Below are positions 1 to 10,329 of a stretch of 64,000 nucleotides of DNA, one piece after another (within the stretch, counting starts at the first letter, position 1; each line of letters starts with the position of its first letter). Both the position numbers and the translations under genes were made by a program. The stretch covers positions 832,001-896,000 of the forward strand of contig CAVWWD010000003.1 in assembly GCA_963758635.1 (NCBI GenBank). The letters run 5' to 3'. The DNA comes from an uncultured Candidatus Rokubacteria bacterium (GTDB lineage Bacteria; Methylomirabilota; Methylomirabilia; Rokubacteriales; CSP1-6). A model generated the notes under the pieces. That model was not told the DNA's origin. It was given only the letters and a program-made list of their open reading frames with translations, and did not search any database.

Positions 1-919
1 CTCACCATCCGGGACGCGAGCATCATCGACGCCGCGCCGATGTGCCTGCACGCGGGCGACCGCATGCCCGCGGACTGCGGCGTGCGCAAGCTCTGGCGCG
101 AGTGCTCCGAGGAGTACTTCGCGCGTCTACGTGCGGGGCCGCCGGGGGAAGCTGCGGTCGAAGCTCGCATTCCTCTACTTCTGGTGGGACAGCCGGCGGA
201 AGCAGCGATGGCTCTCGCGGATCGACGCGGTGATCGGCGTGTCCAACGGCATCCTCGACATCTACCGGCGCTCCGGGCTCCTCGACGGCGTGCGCGTGGA
301 GACGCTGTACAACCTGCCGCCCGCCGCCCCGCCGCCCGCGCCGGCGGCGGTGGAAGCTCTCCGCGACCGGCTGGGCGTCCGCGGGCGGCGCGTCGTCCTC
401 TACGTCGGCAAGCACTCGCCGGGCAAGGGCACGCCCGACCTGGCGCGGGCCGCGGCCGAGGTGGTCCGCGCCGTGCCCGACGCCACGTTCCTCTCCGTGG
501 GCGACGGCGAGCTCGCCGATGGCGCGCCGATCCGGCGGCTGGGCCCGCTCCCCAACGCGGACGTCCTCGCCCTCTACCCCATCGCCGACGTGGTGGTGGT
601 GCCCTCGGTGATCCCCGAGGCGCTCAACCGCGTCCTCATCGAGGCCATGACGGCGGGCCGCGCGGTGATCGGCACCCGCGTCGGCGGCACGCCGGAGCTG
701 GTCATCGATGGGCGCACGGGCCTCCTGGTCGAGCGCCACGATCCCGCGGGCCTCGCCCGCGCGATCGAGACGGTGCTGACCGACGACGGTCTCCGCGCCG
801 CGATCGGCGCAGGCGCCCGCCGCCACGTCGAGGCGCACCTGGACGCCGGCGTCGTCCTCGACCGCCTCGTGGCGCTCTACGAGGCCGCCATCCGCGCGCG
901 GAAGGGCGGGCGCCGGTGA
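1..919 (+). CDS. Glycosyltransferase family 4 (5'-partial, apparent indel near 125)
   Basis: GT-B motifs VLYVGK..GKG and [25 protein letters not shown] in ORF 131-919; the upstream part is in another frame from the window edge. Confidence 0.85.
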   Translation, partial: SPSGTRASSTPRRCACTRATACPRTAACASSGASAPRSTSRVYVRGRRGKLRSKLAFLYFWWDSRRKQRWLSRIDAVIGVSNGILDIYRRSGLLDGVRVETLYNLPPAAPPPAPAAVEALRDRLGVRGRRVVLYVGKHSPGKGTPDLARAAAEVVRAVPDATFLSVGDGELADGAPIRRLGPLPNADVLALYPIADVVVVPSVIPEALNRVLIEAMTAGRAVIGTRVGGTPELVIDGRTGLLVERHDPAGLARAIETVLTDDGLRAAIGAGARRHVEAHLDAGVVLDRLVALYEAAIRARKGGRR

Positions 920-2036
920 GGGTGGGGCTCCTGCCCGCGCTCGGCGGCTCCATCGCCGCGCTGCGCGCGTCCGGCCAGGACTCGCGGCTCGTGGACGGCT
1001 ACCTGGCGCCGTACGCGCGCGCGTTCGACGGCGTGACGTACTTCTCGTACGTGCCCGGAAGCGCTGGCCGACTACACCTCCGACCCCGCGCTGCTCGCCG
1101 CCGTCGTCGTGCGCGCGCCCGCCCGGCCGGCGCCGCGGCTGCGTCCGCGCCGTGAGCCTCGCCGTCACCGAGCGCCGGCTGCTCCGCGCCGCGTCGGTGC
1201 TCCGCGTCTTCCAGGTGACCGGCGTGATCCCGGCCCTGATCGCGCGGCGCGTCTGGGGCGTTCCCTTCGTGACCACCTACGGGTTCTGGTACGCGAAGCT
1301 CTCGCGCCCGGGGCTGCCGCGCCTCGCCAAGCTCGCGCTGGAGCGCGTCGGGCTGCGAGCGGCGGCGGGCGTGATCGTGACCACCACCGAGCTGGGCGAC
1401 CACGTCGCGCGCATCGTCGGGTCGGCCGAGCGCGTCCACCTCGTGCCGAACGGCGTCGACACCGTCCGCTTCGCTCCCGGCCCGCCGCGGGCGTCCGCGG
1501 GGCCGCGGCGCGTCCTCTACGTGGGCCGCCTCGAGCCGGAGAAGAACCCCGGGGCGCTCGTCGAGGCCGCGGCGCGGCTCTCGGCCCGGGACGTGCGCGT
1601 GTGCCTGGTCGGGGCGGGCTCGCTCGAGCCCGATCTTCGCGCGCGCGCCGCCGCGCTCGGGGTGAACGTCGAGTTCGCCGGCGTCGTCGATCATCGCCGG
1701 CTGCCCGAGCGCCTCCGGGAGGCCGACGCGTTCGTCCTGCCCTCGTTCACCGAGGGCCATCCCAAGGCGCTGATCGAGGCGATGGCCGCGGGCGTGCCCT
1801 GCGTGGCCTCGGACTGCGCGGGCAACCGCTCCCTCGTGGACGACGGCGAGACGGGCGCGCTCTTCGACCCGCGCCGCCCGGACGCGCTGGCCGCGTGCCT
1901 CGACCGGGTGCTGGGCGACCGCGACGCGGCCCTCGCCATGGGCCGGCGCGCCCGCGACCGGGCGGTGAAGGAGCTGGACCTCGCGACGCTCGTCGATCGC
2001 GAGATCGCGCTGCTCCGCTCGGTCGCCCGCTCATGA
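916..2036 (+). CDS. Glycosyltransferase family 4 (indels around 1060-1150)
   Basis: GTG at 916 overlaps the previous stop; ORF 1152-2036 has [10 protein letters not shown] and [14 protein letters not shown]. Confidence 0.85.
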
Positions 2037-2071
2037 GCGCCGCTCCACAGCCGGCGCGCGGGCGGCCCTAA

Positions 2072-2149
2072 TGACCCTCGCAGAATGCGGTAACCGCCAC
2101 GGGCCTCTACAATCCCACCGCTCGGCATTCGTCTGATGCGCGGGGCTCA
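2072..2149 (+). repeat. 78-bp dispersed element, family A, copy 1
   Basis: 74/78 identical to the reverse complement of 55601-55678 and 71/78 to that of 54516-54593 (manual alignment). Confidence 0.9.
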
Positions 2150-2154
2150 ATAGC

Positions 2155-2952
2155 GTGCCCCTCGCGTACTACTCCCGGGCCGCCACCGAGGAGTTCTGGT
2201 CCGAGCACTGGGGAGGGCAGGACGTGGACGCGCTCCTCGACGTGGCCCGCCGGTCGCCCCTCACCGCGCTCGTGGAGTCCGGGCTCCCGCGCGCGGGCGT
2301 GGTGGTGGAGGCGGGATGCGGGCTGGGCCAGTACGTGATCCTGCTGCGCGAGCGCGGGCACCGCGCGGTCGGCGCGGACTGGAGCGTCGACGCGCTCCGC
2401 CGCGGGCGGGCGCGCGCGGCCGGCGCGCCGCTCGCCGCCATGGACCTCGGCGCCCTCGGGATGCGCGACGGCGCGGCCGCGGCCTACCTCTCGCTGGGCG
2501 TGGTCGAGCACGACGTGGCGGGTCCGGAGCGGCTCCTCGCCGAGGCCCGCCGCGTGCTGGCCCCGCGCGGCCGGCTCGTGCTTTCGGTGCCGTACCTGAA
2601 CGGCGTCCGGCGGCTCTTCCGCGCCGCCCTCCTCCGGCGACAGCGCGCGGTGCGCGCGGCCGGCGGCGAGTTCTACCAGTACGCGTTCACGCGCCCCGAG
2701 GTGCGGCGGTTCCTGGATCGCGCGGGGTTCGACGTGCTCTCGCTGTCGCCCTACGACCCCGCGCGCATTTTGAGGCAGGCGCTCCGCGCCGCGGCCCGGC
2801 GCGACGGCGCCCGCGCGCCACGGCCGGCCACCGTGCCGCGCGCGGCGGGCGGCGGACGGCCGGCGGCCGGCGTCGCGCGCCGCCTGCTCTACACCGGGCC
2901 CGCGCTGCGCCTGCTCGGGCACATGATCCTCGCCGTGGCCGAGAAGCGGTGA
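2155..2952 (+). CDS. Class I SAM-dependent methyltransferase
   Basis: VVEAGCGLG motif I; SLGVVEH; EARRVLAPRGRLVLSVP. Confidence 0.85.
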   Translation: MPLAYYSRAATEEFWSEHWGGQDVDALLDVARRSPLTALVESGLPRAGVVVEAGCGLGQYVILLRERGHRAVGADWSVDALRRGRARAAGAPLAAMDLGALGMRDGAAAAYLSLGVVEHDVAGPERLLAEARRVLAPRGRLVLSVPYLNGVRRLFRAALLRRQRAVRAAGGEFYQYAFTRPEVRRFLDRAGFDVLSLSPYDPARILRQALRAAARRDGARAPRPATVPRAAGGGRPAAGVARRLLYTGPALRLLGHMILAVAEKR

Positions 2953-3749
2953 CGGCGGCGCCGCGCGTCAGCGTGGTGATGGGCGTGCGCGACGGCGCGC
3001 GGTGGCTCGCCGAGGCGGTGGACAGCGTCCTGGGCCAGACCCTCGCCGACCTCGAGCTGATCGTGGTCGACGACGGCTCCACCGACGCCACGCCCGACCT
3101 CCTCACCCGCTACCGCGACCCGCGGCTGACCGTGCTGCGCCAGCCCGCCGGCGGCCTCGCGCGCGCGCTCAACCGGGGGCTCCGGCTCGCCTCGGCGCCA
3201 CTCGTGGCCCGGCTCGACGCCGACGACGTCGCGCTGCCCGAGCGGCTCGCCCGCCAGGTGGCCTTTCTCGACGCGCGGCCGGAGGTCGGCCTCCTGGGCA
3301 GCGCCTGCCGGGCCATCGGTCCGTCGGGGGATCCGCTCGACGACGAGCGCCCTCCCCAGGACGACGCGGCGATCCGCCGCGCCCTGATCCGGCGGAACCC
3401 GTTCGTGCACTCCACGATCGTCGTGAGGCGGAGCGTGATCGACCGGGCCGGGGGCTACGACGAGTCGCTCCCGGTGGCGCAGGACTACGAGCTGTGGATG
3501 CGGGCGAGCGGCGTCACGCGGATGGCCAACCTCCCCGACGTGCTCGTGCTGCGGCGGCTCGGCCCCGATCGCGTGTCGGTGGCGCGCGACACGGAGCGGC
3601 TGCGCGCCGAGGTACGCGTGAAGCTGACCGCGCTGCGCGCCGGCGTCTACCCCGCGTGGTGCGGGGTGTTCCTCGTGAAGCCCCTGGCCGCCCTCGCGCT
3701 GCCCGCGCCCGCTCGCCACGCGCTCCGCCGGTGGCGCCGGAGGGGTTGA
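2949..3749 (+). CDS. Glycosyltransferase family 2
   Basis: PRVSVVM..SVLGQT..ELIVVDDGSTD; RLDADD; GTGA overlap with the upstream stop. Confidence 0.9.
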   Translation: MTAAPRVSVVMGVRDGARWLAEAVDSVLGQTLADLELIVVDDGSTDATPDLLTRYRDPRLTVLRQPAGGLARALNRGLRLASAPLVARLDADDVALPERLARQVAFLDARPEVGLLGSACRAIGPSGDPLDDERPPQDDAAIRRALIRRNPFVHSTIVVRRSVIDRAGGYDESLPVAQDYELWMRASGVTRMANLPDVLVLRRLGPDRVSVARDTERLRAEVRVKLTALRAGVYPAWCGVFLVKPLAALALPAPARHALRRWRRRG

Positions 3750-3774
3750 CTGCGCCCTGACCCGTCCCTATTGT
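3746..3774 (+). promoter_or_regulatory. Putative sigma70 promoter TTGACT-N17-TATTGT
   Basis: Near-consensus boxes with optimal spacing in a very GC-rich background; no gene follows directly. Confidence 0.5.
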
Positions 3775-3805
3775 TCCGCCATTGTCCAGCCGGCGGTTCC
3801 CCGTT

Positions 3806-3879
3806 CGGGTTGTGACGGAATGGGGATCTCGCCTTCAGCGAGGGGGTGAACACCGCGGTTCTGCGGACCCGCGGCGTGC
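3806..3879 (-). repeat. Dispersed ~80-bp motif, family C, copy 1 (reverse orientation)
   Basis: Reverse complement GCACGCCGCGGGTCCGCAGAACCGCGGTGTT..CTCGCTGAA..ATCCCCATTCCGTCACA aligns without gaps to the copy starting at 10245. Confidence 0.8.
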
Positions 3880-3973
3880 GGCAGCGGGCAGTCGCGTCCA
3901 GCGGGGGCTCGCGTGTCGTGACGTAGTCGGCCGCCAAGCTCCCGGAAAAGCGACGGTCCGGCGCCGCGGCGCA

Positions 3974-4002
3974 TTGACAAGCCGCGACGGTTCCCGGATC
4001 AT
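3974..4002 (+). promoter_or_regulatory. Putative sigma70 promoter TTGACA-N17-GATCAT
   Basis: Perfect -35, 17-nt spacer, weak -10; lies upstream of the FecR-like remnant. Confidence 0.35.
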
Positions 4003-4158
4003 CCGACGGACAGCGCATGGCCACCGCCTCCGCGACCGCTCCAGCGTGTTCGACGTTGCCGGGCCGGTCTCGATGCCCGGCCCGCTCATGAGCCCGCCCG
4101 ACCACCAGACCAGCGTCCGTGACGACGCGATGAAGACTCGAGCAGGAGAGCCAACCCG

Positions 4159-4429
4159 ATGCGCACGTTCCGGCTGATCGCCGTCGTGCTTGCCGTCGCC
4201 GCATTCCCGCGCCGCTCGCCGGCCCAGCCCGCGCCCGCCGGCGTGGTCACGAGCATCGTCGGCCAGGTCACCGTGGCCCGCACAGCCACCCCCGCGCCCG
4301 TCGCGCTCAAGTTCGACGATTCGCGTGTTCCGCCGCGACCGCATCGAGAGCGTCCGGTCTCCGTCGCCCGCGTGCTGGTGTCGAGGCGCACGTGACGGTG
4401 CGCGCGCTGTCGGCCTTCACGGGTCGTAG
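4159..4429 (+). pseudogene. Truncated and frameshifted FecR-domain secreted protein remnant
   Basis: AGGAG RBS, signal peptide, then AGVVTSIVGQVTVAR..ALKFDD / RVFRRDRIES / VARVL across frames; ends after ~90 codons. Confidence 0.55.
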
Positions 4430-4435
4430 CGGCGC

Positions 4436-6769
4436 GTGCGCATCGCTCTCCTGACCGAGCGGATGCGGGCGGGGTTCGGAGCCGACCTCGCCCACCACCA
4501 CATCGCGGACCACCTGGCGCGGCGCGGGCACCGGGTGACGGTGTTCGCGAGCGTGGCCGACGGCTCGTACGGCGAGGCGGCCTACGAGCTGGTGCGCGTG
4601 CCCGTGCCGGCCACCACCTGGTTCCCGCGCTACGAGGCGAACGCCCGGCGGGCCCTCGTCCCCGTGCTCGCCTCCTCGCCGGACCTGGTCCTCGTCGGCA
4701 CGTTCCCGTTCTTCTCGCTGCTGCCCGAGCTGGCCGCGCGCGTGCCCTGCGTGGCCATCGACTTCGGCATCTGCTCGACGGAAGGCTTCCGGCTCTGGAC
4801 CCGGCTGAACTTCGCCTACATGCGCTTCACCCAGCACCGGCGCTACTTCCCCCACGCGCGCCGGATCGTGGCGATCTCGGAGTTCGTGCGGCGCGAGCTG
4901 CCCGCCTCGCTCCAGGACCGGACGAGCGTCATCTACCTGGGCGTCGATCACTACCCGGACGAGGACGCGCGAGAGGCGCGCGCGCGGGAGCTCAGGCGCG
5001 CGCGGGGCATCGGCGACGACGAGACGCTCGCGCTCTACGTCGGCCGGCTGAACCCCGCGGGCCAGCCGTACAAGGGGACGGCCGAGCTGGTGCGCGTGTA
5101 CCAGGAGGCGCGGAAGGCGGCCCCCGGCCTGCGCCTCATGATGGCCGGCGTGGGCGGGCCCGAGGACGAGCGCTGGCTGTCCGGGGCAGGGCGTGATTCC
5201 GTACGTGAACGTCCCCGCCGCGGAGATGCCGGCGCTCTACACCGCCGCCGACCTCTACGTGACGTGCTCGCGCTGGGAGGGCTTCGACCTCCCGCTCGCC
5301 GAGGCGCAGTTCTTCGGCCGGCCCGTGCTCGCCTACCGCATCGGGGCCCACGACGAGGTGGTCCGCGACGGCGAGACGGGCGCGCTCGTCGCACGGCCCC
5401 GCGGCGCTCGGCGCGCGTCTCGTGGAGCTGGCGCGCGACCCCGCCCTGCGTGAGCGCTGGGGCCGGGAGGGCCGGCGCTGGATCGCCGCCACCTATCCGT
5501 GGACGAAGACGGTGGAGCGGTACGGCGCCTTCGTGGAGGAGACGGCGCCGGACCGGGCCGCGCCGGCCGGAGCGCCCGCGCCCCGCGTCTCGGTGATCGT
5601 CGTCAACTACAACGCCCCACCCGACATGATGGGCCGCTGCCTGGCCTCGCTGGCGCGCCAGACCTTCGCGGGGATCGAGGTCCTGGTGGTGGACAACGGC
5701 TCGACGAACGGGTCGCCGGCGTGGATCGCCGCCCATCATCCCGAGGCGCGGCTGATCGAGCTGGGCCGGAACACCGGCTTCGCGGGCGGCGTGAACCGCG
5801 GCGTCGACGCGGCGCGCGGCGAGTACCTGCTGGTGTCCAACTGCGACGTGGAGTACGCGCCCACCGCGGTGGCCGAGATGATGGCCGTCCTCGACGCCCA
5901 CCCCGACGCGGCCGGCGTGGCGCCCAAGACGCTCCTGTCCGGCGACCCGGACATCATCGACAACATCGGCACCCTGGTGACGCGCCACATGTCCGCCTTC
6001 AACATGGGCATCGGCCACCTCGACATGGGCCAGTACGACCGGAGCGAGCGCGTGTTCGGGCTCTGCTTCGCCGCCGCGCTCATCCGCGCCGGCGTGTACC
6101 GCACCCTCGGCGGCCTCGACGAGAGCCTGTTCATGTACTACGAGGACGTGGACTGGTGCTTCCGCGCCAACATCGCCGGGTTCCACTTCCGCACCGCGCC
6201 CGCCGCCGTGGTCCACCACGTGCACTCCGGCATCACGCGGCGGCTCGACTACGGCTTCAAGTACGAGCTGATCCACCTGAACCTGCTGCGCACCGCGGTG
6301 CAGGACATCGGCCGCTGGCGGCACGTGGCGAAGACGCTCGCGCATCGTGCTCACCGCGCACGCCAAGGGCGTGCTGCTGCACCGGCGGTGGGTGCGGCCC
6401 ACCGTGCGGATCCTCGCCCGCTTCGTCGCCGACCTTCCCCGCCGGCTCGTGCGGCGGGCGCGCGTGCAGCGGACGCGCGTGGTGGGAGACCCCGAGCTGT
6501 GGGTGATGTCGGGCGGCGAGGCGCCGTTCTTCGACCCGGTCGGCTACCAGCCGCTCCGCTGCTACGAGATGCTCATCCGCGGCTACCGGCGGCGCTACCT
6601 CGTGGGCGGCGATCAGCGCGACCTCGAGCGCGCCGAGCTGATGGCCCGGGCCGCCGAGGCGTTTTCCTCGAGCAAGCAGCGGACGGACCCGACGCTCCTG
6701 AAGGAGCGCATGCTCGAGATCCTCCGCGACGAGCCCGAGCGCATCCGGAGGTACACGGAGCGGATCTGA
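4436..6769 (+). CDS. Fused GT4 + GT2 glycosyltransferase (indels near 5190, 5395, 6345)
   Basis: GT4 LYVGRLN and EGFDLPLAEA, then GT2 RVSVIVVNYN..VVDNGSTNGS..GFAGGVNRG..FMYYEDVDWC; pieces are collinear. Confidence 0.8.
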
Positions 6770-6774
6770 GTGTG

Positions 6775-6813
6775 CACCATGGTGCGGGCGCCCGGGCTGC
6801 GCCCGCCCGCACC
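6775..6813 (+). repeat. REP-like GC hairpin, family B, copy 1
   Basis: CACCATGGTGCGGGCGCCCGGGCTGCGCCCGCCCGCACC closely matches 27660-27699; both follow a stop codon. Confidence 0.7.
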
Positions 6814-7069
6814 GTGCGTCGTCAGCGGGTGCGGGCGGGTGGCGCGCACGTGCGTGTCTCACGGGTGCGGGCACTCAAGGCAGGGCGGGTGGGTACGATA
6901 TGCGGGGCGGGAGGGTGAGCAGGCTCAGCTGCGAAGCAGTGCAAGGACAGGGAGTAAGGTGAGGTGTGGTGTAAGGATGCAACTGGGAGCAGGATGCATT
7001 GACACCTCGCGGCGCGACCCCGCCCGGCGGGCGTTGCGCGCGGCGTGGACGCTGGGGTACAGTGCGGCC

Positions 7070-7657
7070 ATGCCCGGTGTCCTCGGTCGCATCAAGCGCG
7101 GGCTTCGTCGCGCGCTCGGCCACGAGGATCTGTGGCATCCGCGCACGATGAAGCTCCCCGGACGGGGAGCGCTCAACGCGTACCGCATGCAGGAGCAGCA
7201 CGTCTTCTGCAAGGAGCGTCCGCTCTCGCACCGGTGCCTGCAGGTCGGCGTGCCCAACTGGGCCGACGAGAAGTTCGGCCCCCAGTGGATCTCCGTCGAC
7301 CTGTTCGACCACCGTCGGTGCATCGACCATCAGATGGACATCTGCCACATGGACGGCTTCGAGGACGAGTCGTTCGACGCCGTCTGGTGCTGCGCCGTCC
7401 TCGAGCACGTGCGCGATCCTTTCGCGGCCGCGCGCGAGATCTCGCGCGTGACGCGCCCGGGCGGCGAGATCTGGATCGAGGTGCCGTTCGTCCAGCCCTA
7501 TCATCCAACCGGTATCCTCCACACTCACGGCGGGGACTTCTGGAGGTTCACGCCCGAGGGCGTCCGCGAACTGTTCCCGCACTTCGAGTCGGTCGCGTGC
7601 GGGGCCATCGACGAGGGCGGCATCCTCCTGCACGCGCGCAAGAAGCCGGGGAAGTGA
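7070..7657 (+). CDS. Methyltransferase type 11-like protein
   Basis: DESFDAVWCCAVLEHVRDP..EISRVTRPGG..VPF..DFWRFTPEG. Confidence 0.8.
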   Translation: MPGVLGRIKRGLRRALGHEDLWHPRTMKLPGRGALNAYRMQEQHVFCKERPLSHRCLQVGVPNWADEKFGPQWISVDLFDHRRCIDHQMDICHMDGFEDESFDAVWCCAVLEHVRDPFAAAREISRVTRPGGEIWIEVPFVQPYHPTGILHTHGGDFWRFTPEGVRELFPHFESVACGAIDEGGILLHARKKPGK

Positions 7658-9677
7658 TCCGGGCGCTCTCCCCCGCGCCCGCGCGGCTCTCCGACCGGCT
7701 GTCGCTCCGACCCTCGCTCTACTCGCTCGATCCCTCCGGAGAGGATACCGGATCGTCGCGCTGGGAGATTGCCGCCGGCGACGACGGCGGCCCACGGCCC
7801 ATGCTCTGGATCCGCCGCGGCCGGCGCGCGGCGTTCCGCGCGTCGCTCCGCGGCCACGTGACCCTCGAGGCGCGCGCCGACGGCCCGCTGGCCGTCGGTG
7901 TGGTCTCCGCGCCGGGGCGGGCGTCGAAGCATGCCGCGCCCGGCCCGGACCCGGCCGCGTTCGACCTGGGCGACCTGACGGGCGAACCGGTCGAGATCGT
8001 CCTCGAGGCCGTGGCGGGCGGCGCCGACGGCGAGGGCTGGCTCCGCTGCGAGAGCCCGTCGCTGATCGTGCGTCCCTCGGCGCTCGACGTGGCGGGCGTC
8101 GCCCTCGGGAAGACGGCCGGCCTGCTGCTCACGCGCGGCCCCTGGGCGGCGGCGCGACGGGTGGCGGAGACGCTCGCGAGCGCCGACCCGGATGTCACGT
8201 ACGCCCGATGGATCGCCCGGCACGAGCGGCCGGCGCGCGCGGCGGACGTGCCGGCCGTCCGCCCGCTCGTCACGTTCGTGGTCGAGGGCGGTCCGGACGT
8301 TCGTCCGGAGTGGGTCGAGCGCTGCCTGGCGTCGATCCGGTCCCAGACGGTCACGGGCTGGGAGATCTCCGGCGACCTCGCCGGGGCGCGCGGCGAGTAC
8401 GTGGCGCTGCTCGCGGGTGACGGGGAGGTGGCCGCCGACGCGGTCGACCACGTGGGCCGGCGGCTCGCCGCGGATCCCGGGATCGGCATCCTCTACTCGG
8501 ACGAGGACCGCCGCGATCCCGCCACGAGACGCCGGCACGCGCCGTTCTTCAAGCCGGACTGGTCGCCCGAGCACTTCCTGACGCGCATGTACACGGGACA
8601 GCTCGCGGTGTGCCGGCGCGACCTCGTGGTGGCGGCGGGCGGCCTGCCGTCTGGGCACGGCGCCGCCCGGCTGTACGACCTGATGCTCCGCCTCGTGGAT
8701 GCGGGCGCGCGCGTCGCGCACGAGCCGCGCGTGATGTGGCACGGCTACGCGGCGCCGGCCGCCGACGGGGGCGGAGAGCCGGCGCGGGCCGCGCTCTCCG
8801 CTCACGTGCGGCGGACCGGGCTTCCGGGCGGGGTGGGCCCCGGGCTCGATGCCGCTCTCACCGCGTCGCGTTCGCCGTCCGCGGCGCGCCGCTCGTGAGC
8901 ATCGTGATCCCGATCCGCGACCGGGTGACGCTCCTGCGCCGGTGCCTGGACGCCATCCGAACGTTCACCGACCCGTCGCGTTACGAGGTGATCGTCGTCG
9001 ACCACGGCAGCGTGGAGCCCGAGACCCGGCGCTTCCTCGCCTCGTGCGGCCATGGCGTCGTGCCCGCGGCCGGGGACTTCAACTTCGCGCGGCTGAACAA
9101 CCTGGGCGTGCGCCACGCGTCGGGAAGCCACCTGCTCTTCCTCAACAACGACACCGAGCCCCTCCACCGCGACTGGCTCACCGCGCTCCTCGAGTGGTCG
9201 CAGCAGCCGGAGATCGGCGCGGTCGGCGCCAAGCTCTACTACCCGGACGGGCGCCTGCAGCACGTCGGGATCGCACTCGGCGTCGGCGCGGGCGCCGCGC
9301 AGCTCTTCCGCGGCAGTCCCGGCGCGCACCGGGGATACTTCGACAGCGCCCTCGTGGTGCGGAACTGCTCGGCCGTGACCGCCGCGTGCCTGATGACCCG
9401 GCGCGCGGTCTTCGAGGAGGCCGGAGGGCTCGACGAGCGGTTCGCCGTGGACTTCAACGACGTGGACTACTGCCTGCGCGTGGGCCGCCTCGGCTACCGG
9501 GTGCTCTTCACCCCGCATGCGCGGCTCTTGCATCACGAGTTCTCGACGAGGCCGCGCGCCGTGCGCCGGTCCGAGCACGAGCTGTTCCGCCGCCTCTGGC
9601 GCGACCTGATCCCTCGGGATCCGTTCTACAGCCCCCACCTCTCGCGGCGCTTCACGGACTGCCGGATCATCTCCTGA
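7654..9677 (+). CDS. Two-domain glycosyltransferase family 2 (indel near 8855)
   Basis: ILYSDED..PFFKPDWSPE, then PLVSIVIP..FNFARLNN..LLFLNNDTE..AVTAACL..FNDVDYCLR. Confidence 0.85.
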
Positions 9678-9775
9678 CGCCGGGGCCGGGGTCGCCACCA
9701 CCCCGATTCACGTGTCCCCGCGGGACCCGGCCCGTCGCCCCGACCTCGCCGGAAACCGCTGCGGGTTGGGCTTGG

Positions 9776-9805
9776 TTGACACTAGGGCGCGGCGGGCGGT
9801 ATATA
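9776..9805 (+). promoter_or_regulatory. Putative sigma70 promoter TTGACA-N18-TATATA
   Basis: Perfect -35 and an AT-rich -10 upstream of a GGAGGAGG RBS and the ATG at 9910. Confidence 0.55.
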
Positions 9806-9909
9806 GTCCGGTGTCACGTTTGCTCGCCAACCCGAAGGGCGAACGCCTGCTTCGCCGATTCTCCCGGAAGCCCGGCTCCCGGGGAGTGGTGTAACTGGAG
9901 GAGGCAGCG

Positions 9910-10326
9910 ATGATGAGGAACGTTCTGCGGATGTCCTGCACGGCGCTGGCCGCCATCGTCCTCTCCGTGTCGCCCGGGTGGGCCCAGGGCACGGGCACCG
10001 TGCCGCTTCCCGGAGGCCCGGCCGGCGCGGGAACGCCCGTGTTCGTGCACACGCCGCCCGCGCAGCCCGTGGCCGCGCCCGAGGCGACCGCGCCCACGCC
10101 TCCGAGCGGCGCCCCGCAGCCGGCGGGCGCGGCCGCGCCGGTCTCCGCGCCGAAGAGCGGTGCGTCGGCGACGCCCTCCATTCCCCACCTCACGTCGTTC
10201 CCGGAGCTGACACGCGGGGTCGGCACGAGACGAATGGCGAGACGGCACGCCGCGTATCCGCAGAAGCACGGTGTTGGCCCGCTTGCTGAAACCGAAATCC
10301 GCATTCCGTCACATCCCGTGAGGTGA
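9910..10326 (+). CDS. Small secreted Pro/Ala-rich protein (3' end uncertain)
   Basis: Strong RBS and signal peptide ending GWA-Q; the last ~26 codons run through the family C motif, so the true stop may be earlier. Confidence 0.55.
   Translation: MMRNVLRMSCTALAAIVLSVSPGWAQGTGTVPLPGGPAGAGTPVFVHTPPAQPVAAPEATAPTPPSGAPQPAGAAAPVSAPKSGASATPSIPHLTSFPELTRGVGTRRMARRHAAYPQKHGVGPLAETEIRIPSHPVR
10245..10323 (+). repeat. Dispersed motif family C, copy 2, ending in the RBS of the 10330 gene
   Basis: GCACGCCGCGTATCCGCAGAAGCACGGTGTTGGCCCGCTTGCTGAA..ATCCGCATTCCGTCACA..GAGG. Confidence 0.8.
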
Positions 10327-10329
10327 TGC

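Noticed and set aside
3780..3960. tRNA, SRP RNA or cobalamin riboswitch in the hairpin-rich intergenic region
   Set aside because: No T-loop/D-loop, SRP core or B12-box consensus is visible.
10275..10290. Sigma54 promoter within family C (TGGCCCG..)
   Set aside because: The -12 position is GA rather than GC in all copies, and the GG is absent in the 3.8-kb copy.
10245..10326. Family C as a conserved peptide (..QNRGVGPLAE.EIRIPS)
   Set aside because: Differences between copies are largely non-synonymous, codons are atypical for this genome, and there is no shared start; non-coding is more likely though not proven.
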